Below the pieces are notes generated by a model that worked only from the letters and a program-made list of their open reading frames with translations, was not told where the DNA came from and searched no databases. The position numbers and the translations under genes were made by a program. From contig OY760175.1 of NCBI GenBank assembly GCA_963663165.1, positions 64,001 through 128,000 of the forward strand: 64,000 nt of DNA. The letters are read 5' to 3'. Origin of the DNA: an uncultured Desulfospira sp. GTDB lineage: Bacteria; Desulfobacterota; Desulfobacteria; Desulfobacterales; Desulfobacteraceae. Positions 39,101 to 48,593 of this stretch are shown here, one piece after another; within the stretch, counting starts at the first letter, position 1; the number at the start of each line of letters is the position of its first letter.

Positions 39101-39467
39101 CCATCCTCAGCCGGCCTTCGGGTTTTACCTGCAAAAAGACTATCGGCGAAGATGCTTAGGTGGTCGAAGCCTGGTCTTCTGTATCGGTGGCGGCCGGCGT
39201 GTTTCAAAATTCGCAAGGTTGGGAACCATAAAATAAGAGAACCCATTTATCCGTATTTATATTCGTCTCGATAGCCGGGTGAAACTGTCCTGATCGGCAC
39301 ACGATAACCAATTGAAAGAAAGTCAGATTTGTTTTAGTATGGGTCTCATATCCCAGCGATAATATAGAGACCCGGCATCCATTTTTTTAAATTCAAATAT
39401 GTTATTTTAACGTCATGGCCCGGATCAGGAGTCATCGTTTCTTTTAAAGTCAAATAGAGGAGATTGA

Positions 39468-40631
39468 ATGGTATCCGTTGATGCGAAACAGAAGATGCTT
39501 AAAATGATGGAATCGAAAAAAAAATTTCTGGAAAAATACAGACGGGCCAGACAATTGTTTAACGACCTGGTGGATAGCCAGGAACAGCTGTTATGTGGAC
39601 GCTTCCATAAAAAAGAAGGCAATGGCGCACCGGCCAGGATTGATGTTAAAGGTAACATTCAAGCCATCAACGAAATTATGGAAATGCTCTTTGAAACAGA
39701 TAGATTGATATTAAGCAGCATGAAAGACTATTTTTCCACCAATGATTACTTTTTCCAACACTCAGTGAGTGTCTGTTATATCGGAACCCTTGTGTTAAAC
39801 AGGTTCAACGAACTGTTTTCACAGTATATCAATAATATGCTCACGGCCAAATTCAAAGATAACCTGAAACACCGCCGACCGGATGAGATGACCCCGTTTT
39901 GTTACTATCCCCCTGAAGCCGTGCACACCATTTCCATCGGCTATCTCATCCACGATATGGGCAAAATAATGATCCATCCTTCCATGCTGAACAAACAAAG
40001 CGGATTGACTGCCAAGGAGCACAAGGAAATGGAAGAACATGTCGGGGAATATGGGACGGCTTTCCTGGAATTGAACGGTATTTACGACGTCTATGTGGAA
40101 AATATTATCAAACACCACCACGCGGCAATCTATGCTGATGAGGACAACGCTTATCCTGATTATTCATCCCCTTCAGACCTGCCGCCCTATGTTAAGATCT
40201 GCAAAATAGCGGATATATACAGCGCCATGACCTTGAAGCGAACCTACGGCGAAGCGGTGAATCCAACCAAAGTGGTCCATCAGATTTTTAAGGATTATTC
40301 AGGGCGTGATCCCATTTTGCAGCTTATTCTCTATTCATTTGTCAAAGAAATCGGTACCTGTCCTCCGGGAAGCATATTGACTTTGGAAAACGGCCAGTTC
40401 GTTTACGTGGTAAACAGCCAGGGGCCCCAGGTGATCATATTTACCGATCCGGACGGCCAGACCATTGAAGCAGCGGGTAAAATCATTGATCTTTCAAGTG
40501 CCAGCAGCAAACGTCAAAATTTGTTTGTTGACGGGGATCATCTTCCCAAAACGCCAATAGAGGTGTTTAACCGGCTTCCCGGCTATCTCCAGGAATTTCA
40601 TCAAGTGGGGGGGGCAGGCTTGACATTCTGA
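39468..40631 (+). CDS. HD-GYP-like phosphohydrolase, degenerate
   Basis: HSVSV, HDMGK, LT..E...EEH, HHH..., AYP in place of GYP, IADIYSAMT..RTY, PPGS. Confidence 0.8.
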   Translation: MVSVDAKQKMLKMMESKKKFLEKYRRARQLFNDLVDSQEQLLCGRFHKKEGNGAPARIDVKGNIQAINEIMEMLFETDRLILSSMKDYFSTNDYFFQHSVSVCYIGTLVLNRFNELFSQYINNMLTAKFKDNLKHRRPDEMTPFCYYPPEAVHTISIGYLIHDMGKIMIHPSMLNKQSGLTAKEHKEMEEHVGEYGTAFLELNGIYDVYVENIIKHHHAAIYADEDNAYPDYSSPSDLPPYVKICKIADIYSAMTLKRTYGEAVNPTKVVHQIFKDYSGRDPILQLILYSFVKEIGTCPPGSILTLENGQFVYVVNSQGPQVIIFTDPDGQTIEAAGKIIDLSSASSKRQNLFVDGDHLPKTPIEVFNRLPGYLQEFHQVGGAGLTF

Positions 40632-40759
40632 CCTCTCTTGATAAAGTGAACGAATTGACGGAAAAAGGCTTTGAGGATTAAAATTTTTGGCCCCGGGTTT
40701 TACCAACGGCAAGGAACCAAACGGAAGGTTTTTTACAACCGCATTGCCAGGAGGCACTT

Positions 40760-41092
40760 TTGGGAACTGGAGACACACTGCGGGCATTGGGAACGGTTCA
40801 AACGGTCCGGGGGGTAGATCAGTACCTGATAACGGACAGGAACGGCAACATTCTTTTTCATTATATGGAACATCCTGAAAATGTGGCAAATCTTGTATTT
40901 TCCTGCGGCCGCAGCCTGTCGTCGCTTGGGAAAAATAAGTTTCGGTACACCGCCTTTTTTAGAAAAAATAAAAAAAATCTGTTGATTTTTTCTGTGGCCG
41001 GTTATTATCTCGGGGTAGTTAAAAAGAACGATGTGAATAACTTTGATACGGTTGCCGCTGTCATGGCGTTTTTAAAAAAGGTTCAGGCCTGA
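40760..41092 (+). CDS. Roadblock-like (MglC-like) small protein
   Basis: GV..YLI.D.NG.IL motif and roadblock-like length/secondary pattern; AGGAGG RBS + TTG. Confidence 0.6.
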   Translation: MGTGDTLRALGTVQTVRGVDQYLITDRNGNILFHYMEHPENVANLVFSCGRSLSSLGKNKFRYTAFFRKNKKNLLIFSVAGYYLGVVKKNDVNNFDTVAAVMAFLKKVQA

Positions 41093-41137
41093 CCATTGAC
41101 CGGACCGGTTGAAAACAGTCGGGAATAGGGGGAAAAC

Positions 41138-41413
41138 ATGTCTGCACAAATGATCATATCCGTGTTTACGCTGATTATATATCTGATTATCATCTTTGTT
41201 TTCAACAAAGCCCGGGTCAAATATGCCGGGGGCAAGGTCGGCAAGGTCATCAACCTGATTCTGGTAACGGTCTGCCTCTTGTTTATCGCCGATTACGTCA
41301 CCATATTGGCCGGTGTGGTGGACAAAGAGCTGTTAGAAATTATCCGGGCCCTTTTCAGGACGGCTGCCCTGGCGTTTCTGGCCCTGGGCGGGGCCAAGGT
41401 CGCTGATTCATGA
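41138..41413 (+). CDS. Small 3-TM membrane protein
   Basis: Three hydrophobic helices with KARVKYAGGKVG loop; GGGGG RBS. Confidence 0.75.
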   Translation: MSAQMIISVFTLIIYLIIIFVFNKARVKYAGGKVGKVINLILVTVCLLFIADYVTILAGVVDKELLEIIRALFRTAALAFLALGGAKVADS

Positions 41414-41416
41414 GCA

Positions 41417-41560
41417 GCGTTTGAACAAAAAGTCCCCCATCTGCTGTGTTACAGAAAAAACGGCAATCCTCACCACCGACAGGTTGCTCCGGTTGCCATT
41501 TTTTCTGGTTTCTGACCTTTAGGTTACGCCTTGCATCTGGGCAGCGTTTTGCCCAGACGC
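41417..41560. repeat. Nested inverted-repeat (REP/MITE-like) element between convergent genes
   Basis: Imperfect ends GCGTTTGAACAAAA / TTTTGCCCAGACGC; inner arms CAGAAAAAACGGCAA / TTGCCATTTTTTCTG; extra hairpin TCTGGGCA / TGCCCAGA. Confidence 0.6.
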
Positions 41561-41587
41561 GGGATCTCGTCTATACAGAAAATGCCA

Positions 41588-42802
41588 TCATGAAAACAGC
41601 GAAAACAGCCCTTTTTTGGGGTTCTTGGGATCAGTTCCGGACCTGGACCGGATATCGGAAAGGACCGTGTTCATCTGGCTGACGATGGGGTCTTTTTCAT
41701 TGGATTCGGCCTGGTATTTCCGGACATAGGCCAGTATTTTTTCAATGTCTTCCAGTATGGCCGACAGGGGCCGGTTGCCTAAAATATCCCCCACACGGGT
41801 GAGCACCTTGGTGCAATATTCGCAACTGCCCTGGATAAAAAAAGTCTTTTTGCTCTTCACGTCATCCATGCCCTTTAATGCCGCTTCAACGGCCTTGAGG
41901 TTGTCGTCGGCCTGGGCCTTGGGATGAAAATTCAAAAAAAGGGTTTTGGCGGGCGCTTCTAAGTCCTGCACGCTTTCCTCAAACAGCGAATCTGCCCGGT
42001 CCCCTAACTCCTGGCTGATATTGGTTCGAATGGATTGAAAAATATCGCTGAACACCGTAAAAACAGTGGACAGATCGTCAGGGTCCTCAACCGGGGCGAG
42101 TTCTTTTTGCTCAATCAGTCCCGATGAAATAACAGAAAAAAAGATTTTATAAACGGCAAACTCATCATACCCGCTTTCCTGGATCACCTGGCGCACGGAA
42201 CGGGCACCGTCAATCAGAGAAAGGACCCGCCATTCATTGGCATTAAGCTTGATTTCTTCTTTGCTCTTAACCTTACCCGACATTTTAAACACCAGCCGGT
42301 CTGAGGTAATGACCTTTTTGAGGACGGAAAGCTCATCAATCCGCCGGGAGGCCTCCAGGATCAGCTTCATGGGGTTGAGCTGGGTGACGATCATGCTTTT
42401 TAAGTTGAGCCGGGCATCCCGGTAATCAAAGCGCCCCCTTTCCCAGAACAGCAGGTCATACAGGACCGCCTCCACCTGCCGGGTATTGTATTTTTTAAGG
42501 GTTTCAAGGGAAATATACCCTTTTTCCACCAGAACTTTGCCGATGTGAACCTTGCTTTCTCTGGCATCGGCCAGGCATTTTTGAAGCTGCTGGGCCGATA
42601 TGATCCCATCGGTTCTCAGCAAAAAGCCCAACCGGGCCTGCTTCAATGAAGCCGTTGCATAAACAATGGTGCCCTGGTCAAAAAACACCCGGCTTTCCTC
42701 GCCTTCGCGTTTGACCGTCAATATTCCGGTTTTCTGGTCATTGCACAAAAGCTGGAGAATGCCGGCAAGGGTTAACCCTTCAAAATCCCCCTGAAGATTC
42801 AT
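41588..42802 (-). CDS. DUF4388 (PatA-N-like) domain protein
   Basis: LQGDFEGLTL..ILQLL...KTGILTV, RLG.LL...G.IS (MshEN-like), W..GRFDY, LEASRRIDE, EWRVLSLIDG; ends KKGLFSLFS. Confidence 0.85.
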   Translation of the reverse strand: MNLQGDFEGLTLAGILQLLCNDQKTGILTVKREGEESRVFFDQGTIVYATASLKQARLGFLLRTDGIISAQQLQKCLADARESKVHIGKVLVEKGYISLETLKKYNTRQVEAVLYDLLFWERGRFDYRDARLNLKSMIVTQLNPMKLILEASRRIDELSVLKKVITSDRLVFKMSGKVKSKEEIKLNANEWRVLSLIDGARSVRQVIQESGYDEFAVYKIFFSVISSGLIEQKELAPVEDPDDLSTVFTVFSDIFQSIRTNISQELGDRADSLFEESVQDLEAPAKTLFLNFHPKAQADDNLKAVEAALKGMDDVKSKKTFFIQGSCEYCTKVLTRVGDILGNRPLSAILEDIEKILAYVRKYQAESNEKDPIVSQMNTVLSDIRSRSGTDPKNPKKGLFSLFS

Positions 42803-43217
42803 GGCTGCTGTCCTTTTTCACTCGTGACGGCTGTATGCCCCCGGTCTGTTTAACCGCCGGCGGATGGCTTTATTGCCATTCCCTCCATTGGACTGGTTTT
42901 CCGCCGGTGGGCAATTTAGCCTTTCAAATTAAAAAGGATATAAAACAAAAAAAAATGAAATACAAGGATCGTTGGAGCGGCGGTGGGGAAATGGGATTCA
43001 CAACCCTAAACCCATTAAGCCTTCAGCCTGATTTTTTTAATTGCAACCCCAATCTTTGAAAATAAGGATTAGGTCTATAAAATTGAATTCTGGCCGTTCA
43101 ATTCAGATACAACATATGGCGGTCGGCTGATTTTTGAAAAAAGCAGGAGTTATAGAATTATGTGTCGTTCTGCGATTCCTTAAACGTTCTGATCCTTTGT
43201 AATTTTAACGTAAACAT

Positions 43218-44522
43218 CTACGGCATGACCGTAGAATGTTTTTGTTGTTTTAGAAGCCACTCATATGCTGTCATGACTTCAACCCATTTTGGCAACATAT
43301 CAAAAGGAACTCCCATGTCTCCGGTTATCAACACGCAGTGGCTGTTTTTAACCCTTTTTCTGGCTTTTTCCAATTCGTTTATTTCCCGGCGAAAATTATC
43401 TTGATTTAATGTTTCGGTGACCTGAATAAGAACTGGATTTTTAGTTTCAGGGAAAACAACAAAATCGCACTCATAGCCATTCTTTAAAAAGAAAATAGCT
43501 TCTGTAGTATTGCGGATACCTGTAAAAACCAAATTTTCAAGTAATTTGCCCCGATCCTCTGAAAAAGTATACCGGATACCAGAGGCAATCCCGTTATCAT
43601 AGAGATAGATTTTTTTATTGCTCATCTCTCTTTTCACTACTGCAGGATCATATTTTTCCACATATGTTACCATGTAGATAGAAAATATTTGGTCTATGAG
43701 CCGATAAATTGAGTCTTTACCGATTCTGATTCCCCTGGATTTCAAATCATTGTAAAGTTTGTTAACAGAAAATTCTTTTGTAAATGAACCGATGAGGCGT
43801 TTAATAAGGTATTTTAGAATTGATGCGTCTCGAATCTCATATCTATCCATTAAATCCCGATAGAGCATGACATTAAAATATTCCTGCAAAATGTTTGCTT
43901 TAAAACGATTTTCCATTTCAACCAGCTCGGGGTATCCACCCCAGGTCAGGTATTCATCAAAGCTGCGCTGAATTTTTGCACGATTTTTTGTGGAATATAT
44001 ATCTTTGGAATCAATGCTCCTGAAAGATAAAAATTCCGGGAATGATAAAGGCAGAATCTCAAAAGAAAGGCTTCGTCCTCTTAATGAGGTGGCAATTTCT
44101 TTTGATAGCATTTTTGCATTTGAGCCTGTGAGGAAAATTTTTTTGCTTACTGTGTCATACAGACGACGGACGTATTTTTCCCATTCCGGAATTTCCTGAA
44201 TCTCATCAAAAAAGATATAGAGCTCATCCAATTTCTGATCAGGATAAAGTTCAAGATAGGCATCAAGAATCTGATCATAACCAGCATCAAAATCGAGGCG
44301 CTCATCTTCAAAATTAAGATAAAAAATCTGTTCTCTCTTTATGCCAGCCTTTTCCAAGCTTGCTATGAGTTGAAAAAGATACCATGTTTTTCCAGCTCGG
44401 CGCGGACCTGCGATTGTAACAATTTTGCCCAGATCAAGGGGAACGCTCAAATGTCGTGGCGTAAACGATGGCAGCGGTCTGGAATGAAAATCCTTAATAA
44501 TTGTTTTTAAAATTTGCTTCAT
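43218..44522 (-). CDS. AAA_14/DUF4143-type ATP-binding protein
   Basis: GPRRAGKT, YLNFEDER, FFDEIQ, TGSNA, GGYPE, KIYLYDNG, LLENLV, ECDFV; AT-rich. Confidence 0.9.
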   Translation of the reverse strand: MKQILKTIIKDFHSRPLPSFTPRHLSVPLDLGKIVTIAGPRRAGKTWYLFQLIASLEKAGIKREQIFYLNFEDERLDFDAGYDQILDAYLELYPDQKLDELYIFFDEIQEIPEWEKYVRRLYDTVSKKIFLTGSNAKMLSKEIATSLRGRSLSFEILPLSFPEFLSFRSIDSKDIYSTKNRAKIQRSFDEYLTWGGYPELVEMENRFKANILQEYFNVMLYRDLMDRYEIRDASILKYLIKRLIGSFTKEFSVNKLYNDLKSRGIRIGKDSIYRLIDQIFSIYMVTYVEKYDPAVVKREMSNKKIYLYDNGIASGIRYTFSEDRGKLLENLVFTGIRNTTEAIFFLKNGYECDFVVFPETKNPVLIQVTETLNQDNFRREINELEKARKRVKNSHCVLITGDMGVPFDMLPKWVEVMTAYEWLLKQQKHSTVMP

Positions 44523-44797
44523 CGGTTTATTTTCCTTAATCAGGGGAAAATGTCAATAATTATTTGTTTTTCAATAAGGAAAATTTTTATTTTGGAGAAT
44601 TATAACCGGTCCATTTGAACGGCTTGATGTATATTGATTAAGCCAGGTAGGGTAAAATTAAATTGTCAAGTCGGAAATCAGGGATAGAAATATCCCCGAA
44701 TGGTGGACACGTTTTTTGTGTCCGCCATTTGCCAAGAATTCGATTCCATCTGATTCATCGTGAGGGGGCCAGGTGTTATGACTGAAATGGTGGGTGG

Positions 44798-44832
44798 GCT
44801 GAAGGGGAGGGCAACTCTAACTCCCCTTCAGC
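44798..44832 (-). terminator. Strong hairpin downstream of icd
   Basis: 12-bp perfect stem GCTGAAGGGGAG / CTCCCCTTCAGC; no clear U-tract on the minus strand. Confidence 0.5.
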
Positions 44833-44857
44833 TTTAGGTCTTAATCCTTGTTCTGGC

Positions 44858-47080
44858 TTAAAGGGTATCTATAATCTGGTTTAAGGTTGGGCTCGGCCGC
44901 ATCAGGTTTTGGGCTTTGGCCTCATCGGGCAGATAATAGCCCCCGATATCCCCGGGTTTTCCCTGGGTTTCCATGAGTTCTTTATTGATCATCCCTTCCT
45001 TTTCGGCCATGAGCCGGGCCGGTTCAATGAAAATTTCTTTTAAGGCCGGGTTCTCGGACTGTTCGGCCATGGCCTTGGCCCAGAACAGGGCCAGGTAAAA
45101 GGCGGCTCCCCGGTTATCCGGTTCATTGGCCTTTCTGGACGGGCTTTTTCCCTGTTCAAGATAATCGCCGATGGCCTGGTCTAAGGCCCGGGCAAGAACC
45201 AGGGGTTTATCGCTGCCCGACTGTTTGGCGGCAAGTTCCAGGGACGGCACCAGGGCACAGTATTCACCCAATGAGTCCCACCTGAGATGGCCCTGGTCCA
45301 GGAACTGCTCCACATGCTTGGGGGCTGATCCGCCGGCCCCGGTTTCAAAAAGTCCGCCGCCGTTTAACAGGGGGACAATGGAGAGCATCCGGGCGCTGGT
45401 GCCCAGCTCCAGGATGGGAAACAGGTCGGTCAGGTAATCCCTTAAGACGTTGCCGGTCACGGCAATGGTATCCTGCCCCTGTCTGACCCGGTCCAGGGTA
45501 AATTTGATGGCCTCAACCGGAGACATGATCTGAACATCAAGGCCGGTCAGGTCAAGGCTATCAAGGTTTTTCTTTACTTTCTCAATAATTTGTCTGTCAT
45601 GGCCCCGGTTGGGATCAAGCCAGAAAATCGCCGGTGTCCCGGTGGTCCCGGCACGGGATACCCCTAATTTAACCCAGTCCTGAACCGCGATGTCCTTGGT
45701 CCGGCATACCCTGAAAATATCCCCTTTTTCCACATCCTGGGACAAGAGAAGGTTTCCGGTTTCGTCAACCAGGCGGATAACACCCGGGCCGGCCGCTTCA
45801 AAAGTGGTATCGTGGGAGCCGTACTCTTCGGCCTTTTTGGCCATGAGCCCCACATTGGAAACCGATCCCATGGTTCCCGGATCAAACTGGCCTTTCTCCT
45901 TGCAGTCGTCAATAACGGCCTGGTAAATTCCGGCATAACTTCTGTCCGGGATCATGGCCACGGTATCCTGGAGCTTGCCTTCCTTGTTCCACATCTTGCC
46001 GCCGTCCCGGATCACATTGGGCATGGACGCGTCCACGATCACATTGTTGGGCAGGTGAAGGTTGGTGATTCCCTTGTCTGAGTCCACCATGGCAAGACTG
46101 GCCTTGGCCTCATAAACCTTGTCAATATCCTTTTTGATCTGTTCTCGTTTTTCCTGGGGAAGGGTTTTGATTTTGTCCAGAATAACGGCCAGGCCGTTGT
46201 TGACGTTGACACCGATCTGTTTAAATTCCGGCTCATATTTATCCAGAACATCCTTAAAGTATACGGACACGCAATGGCCGAACAGAACCGGGTCAGACAC
46301 CTTCATCATGGTGGCCTTAAGGTGAAGGGACAACAGGGTCTGATCTGCGGCGGCCCGGTCAATCTGATCGGCATAAAATTGGCGCAAGGCCTGAACATTC
46401 ATGACGGCCGCATCAACCACCTCATCTCGCTCCAGGGAAAGGTCCTGCTTTAACACCGATACCTGACCGTTTTGAGCCTCAAACTCAATCTTTGCCGTGC
46501 AGGCCGTGTCCAACGCAAGGCTTTTTTCCGTGCCGTAAAAATCTTTTTCCGTCATATGGGCCACCCGGGAAAGCGATCCTTTTTCGGGCCAGGGTTTCAT
46601 CATCTTATGGGGGTGTTTACGGGCAAAGGCTTTGACCGAGGCCGCAGCCCGCCGGTCTGCATTGCCTTCTCTTAAGACCGGGTTGACGGCAGACCCCAGG
46701 ATTTTGGCATACCGGGCATAAACAGCCTGTTGTTCGTCGGTTTCCGGTTTCTCCGGAAAATCCGGGATATCATACCCCTTATCCTGAAGCTCTTTGACGG
46801 CAGAGAGCAGCTGGGGCACCGAAGCACTGATATTGGGCAGTTTAATGATATTGGTATCCGCTTTTTGAACCAGGCCGCCAAGCTGGCCTAAGTGGTCCGG
46901 CTGCTGCTGTTCCGGTGTGAGATTCTCGGGAAAGGCCGCAATGATCCGGCCGGCCAGGGAAATATCATAAAGGGTCACCGAAATATCGGCGTGCTTGAGA
47001 AAATTGCGTACTATGGGAAGCAGGGAATATCCCGCCAGGGCAGGGGCCTCGTCGGTCTTGGTCCAGATAATTTCTGTCAT
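44858..47080 (-). CDS. icd: Monomeric NADP-dependent isocitrate dehydrogenase
   Basis: TDEAPALA, IKLPNISAS, AVNPVLREG, SLHLKATMMKVSDP, GNVLRDYLTDLFPILELGTSA, ETGAGGSAPKHV. Confidence 0.97.
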   Translation of the reverse strand: MTEIIWTKTDEAPALAGYSLLPIVRNFLKHADISVTLYDISLAGRIIAAFPENLTPEQQQPDHLGQLGGLVQKADTNIIKLPNISASVPQLLSAVKELQDKGYDIPDFPEKPETDEQQAVYARYAKILGSAVNPVLREGNADRRAAASVKAFARKHPHKMMKPWPEKGSLSRVAHMTEKDFYGTEKSLALDTACTAKIEFEAQNGQVSVLKQDLSLERDEVVDAAVMNVQALRQFYADQIDRAAADQTLLSLHLKATMMKVSDPVLFGHCVSVYFKDVLDKYEPEFKQIGVNVNNGLAVILDKIKTLPQEKREQIKKDIDKVYEAKASLAMVDSDKGITNLHLPNNVIVDASMPNVIRDGGKMWNKEGKLQDTVAMIPDRSYAGIYQAVIDDCKEKGQFDPGTMGSVSNVGLMAKKAEEYGSHDTTFEAAGPGVIRLVDETGNLLLSQDVEKGDIFRVCRTKDIAVQDWVKLGVSRAGTTGTPAIFWLDPNRGHDRQIIEKVKKNLDSLDLTGLDVQIMSPVEAIKFTLDRVRQGQDTIAVTGNVLRDYLTDLFPILELGTSARMLSIVPLLNGGGLFETGAGGSAPKHVEQFLDQGHLRWDSLGEYCALVPSLELAAKQSGSDKPLVLARALDQAIGDYLEQGKSPSRKANEPDNRGAAFYLALFWAKAMAEQSENPALKEIFIEPARLMAEKEGMINKELMETQGKPGDIGGYYLPDEAKAQNLMRPSPTLNQIIDTL

Positions 47081-47784
47081 GTTACAGCACCTTGTTGAAA
47101 GTTTGAGATAATTTTTTCATTTATACAGCTTCTTAAAAATTGGTTCATCTGAGTCATATCATTTGATGAATAAAACGCCAGCATCAGCCGGTTGAATTCA
47201 AGCTGGCGCTTAACCGGCACATTGATGACCGGGTATCCTTTATTGAGCAAAATTCCGTTCATCATGAACCGGCCCGTCCGCTTATTGACGTCCCAGAAAA
47301 ACTGTATTCGGGCCATCTTTAAAAATGCGGCAATGGCTTTATCATATACATCCTTTATTAAGTCAACTTCAGATTGGGTCTTTGCCCACATTTCGTCCAG
47401 GGTTTCGGCCGGCGGCGGCTCGTAATCCGATCCGCTGATGGCGACATGGCCTGACCGGAATACCCCCCATTCAAATGCCTCTTCTCTGGCCGCAATGTGG
47501 TGAAGTTCAAGGGCAACGGGTTTTGAAAATTCAAACCGGTTGTCATCCATCAGCTCAAAGAGCCGCTTCCATGCCTTTGCCTGGTTGATCACCATGTTCT
47601 GGTCACTGATTTTATGGCCGCCCACCGTCACCCCGTCCAGAATGGTTTGAACTTCAGGCAGGGTAATGGCCACCCCTTCAAGGTTGACCGCTTCGCAGAC
47701 CAGTGAGGGAACTTCACGAACCGCCAGAGCCTTTGCCAGCCGTTTGTTGGGCGTCATATGCCAGATGGTGTCCACAACAGCCAC
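47077..47784 (-). CDS. Fic/Doc-family protein with atypical motif
   Basis: NLEG..TLPEV.TIL.G, LHH, GVFR, motif QFFWDVNKRTGR; ATGA overlap with icd. Confidence 0.85.
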   Translation of the reverse strand: MAVVDTIWHMTPNKRLAKALAVREVPSLVCEAVNLEGVAITLPEVQTILDGVTVGGHKISDQNMVINQAKAWKRLFELMDDNRFEFSKPVALELHHIAAREEAFEWGVFRSGHVAISGSDYEPPPAETLDEMWAKTQSEVDLIKDVYDKAIAAFLKMARIQFFWDVNKRTGRFMMNGILLNKGYPVINVPVKRQLEFNRLMLAFYSSNDMTQMNQFLRSCINEKIISNFQQGAVT

Positions 47785-47787
47785 GAA

Positions 47788-48414
47788 TCAGTCTTTAAAC
47801 ACCAGTTTGCCGCCAATGTGTCCGGCAATTCCGGCACAGGCGGTCATGAAAAGATTCAGGCAGATGAAAATACCGGCGTTTTCAGATGCCAGGACTTTCG
47901 GGTCAATCCAATACCAGACAAGGGCGATAACGGCCGATGCACTGGCTAAAGTGGCGGAAAGGATTTTGGCGATAAAGACAGAGGTCATGGCCTTTCGGTA
48001 TTTTTTGCGCCACTCAAGCCCACCGGTAAACAGCACCACGGGCAGGGAGACAATGGCAAAGATAAGGTTGACCACGGCGGCTTTGGCAAGAAATTCACAG
48101 TGACAGACCCAGGAAAGGAAGAACAGCACAAACGCCACCGGCAGCAGGCCGTTAGGGGAATGCACGGAAATGGGATGAAGATGGTGCCGGACCAGCAGGG
48201 ATTTGATTTTTTCCATCCCGGTTTCCGGTTTCGGAGGGGCAGGGGGAACCGCTTGGGTTTTGGCCGGGGAGGCCTTTGCCCGCTGTTTTTCAGGAATCTG
48301 ATCCTCGCTGATCTCTTTGAATTTGCTTGCCGGAACATTGCAGACCGGGCATTTTTCAGGGGGCTGCTCCCCCCGGTGGATGTAGCCGCATACCGTACAT
48401 TGCCAGATTTTCAT
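47788..48414 (-). CDS. Rubredoxin-like domain + DUF2231-like membrane domain protein
   Basis: WQCTVCGYIH...CPVC, HPISVHSP, 4 TM, GHIGGKLVF. Confidence 0.8.
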   Translation of the reverse strand: MKIWQCTVCGYIHRGEQPPEKCPVCNVPASKFKEISEDQIPEKQRAKASPAKTQAVPPAPPKPETGMEKIKSLLVRHHLHPISVHSPNGLLPVAFVLFFLSWVCHCEFLAKAAVVNLIFAIVSLPVVLFTGGLEWRKKYRKAMTSVFIAKILSATLASASAVIALVWYWIDPKVLASENAGIFICLNLFMTACAGIAGHIGGKLVFKD

Positions 48415-48593
48415 TTGATAGTCCTCTTCTAGTCCTCAAGTTTAAGATTTTTCATGGTTGACAAAAGGCAGTTTACTATTCATTTATATCCTTGTGAAGC
48501 GGTTTTACCGTTTCTCCTTTCTGCAAACCATAAGACGGCCGTTTTTTCGGTCACTATTTGACCGTTATCCGTCCATATCGGGGAAGCCTTTCA

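Noticed and set aside
42972..43006. tRNA 3'-end-like sequence (possible att site) beside the AT-rich ATPase
   Set aside because: T-loop reads GGTTGTGAATCCC rather than GGTTCRAATCC; no cloverleaf, no second copy, no integrase
43107..43122. NrdR-box-like sequence ATACAACATATGGCGG
   Set aside because: Single box, no nucleotide-reduction gene nearby; only a 7-codon ORF follows
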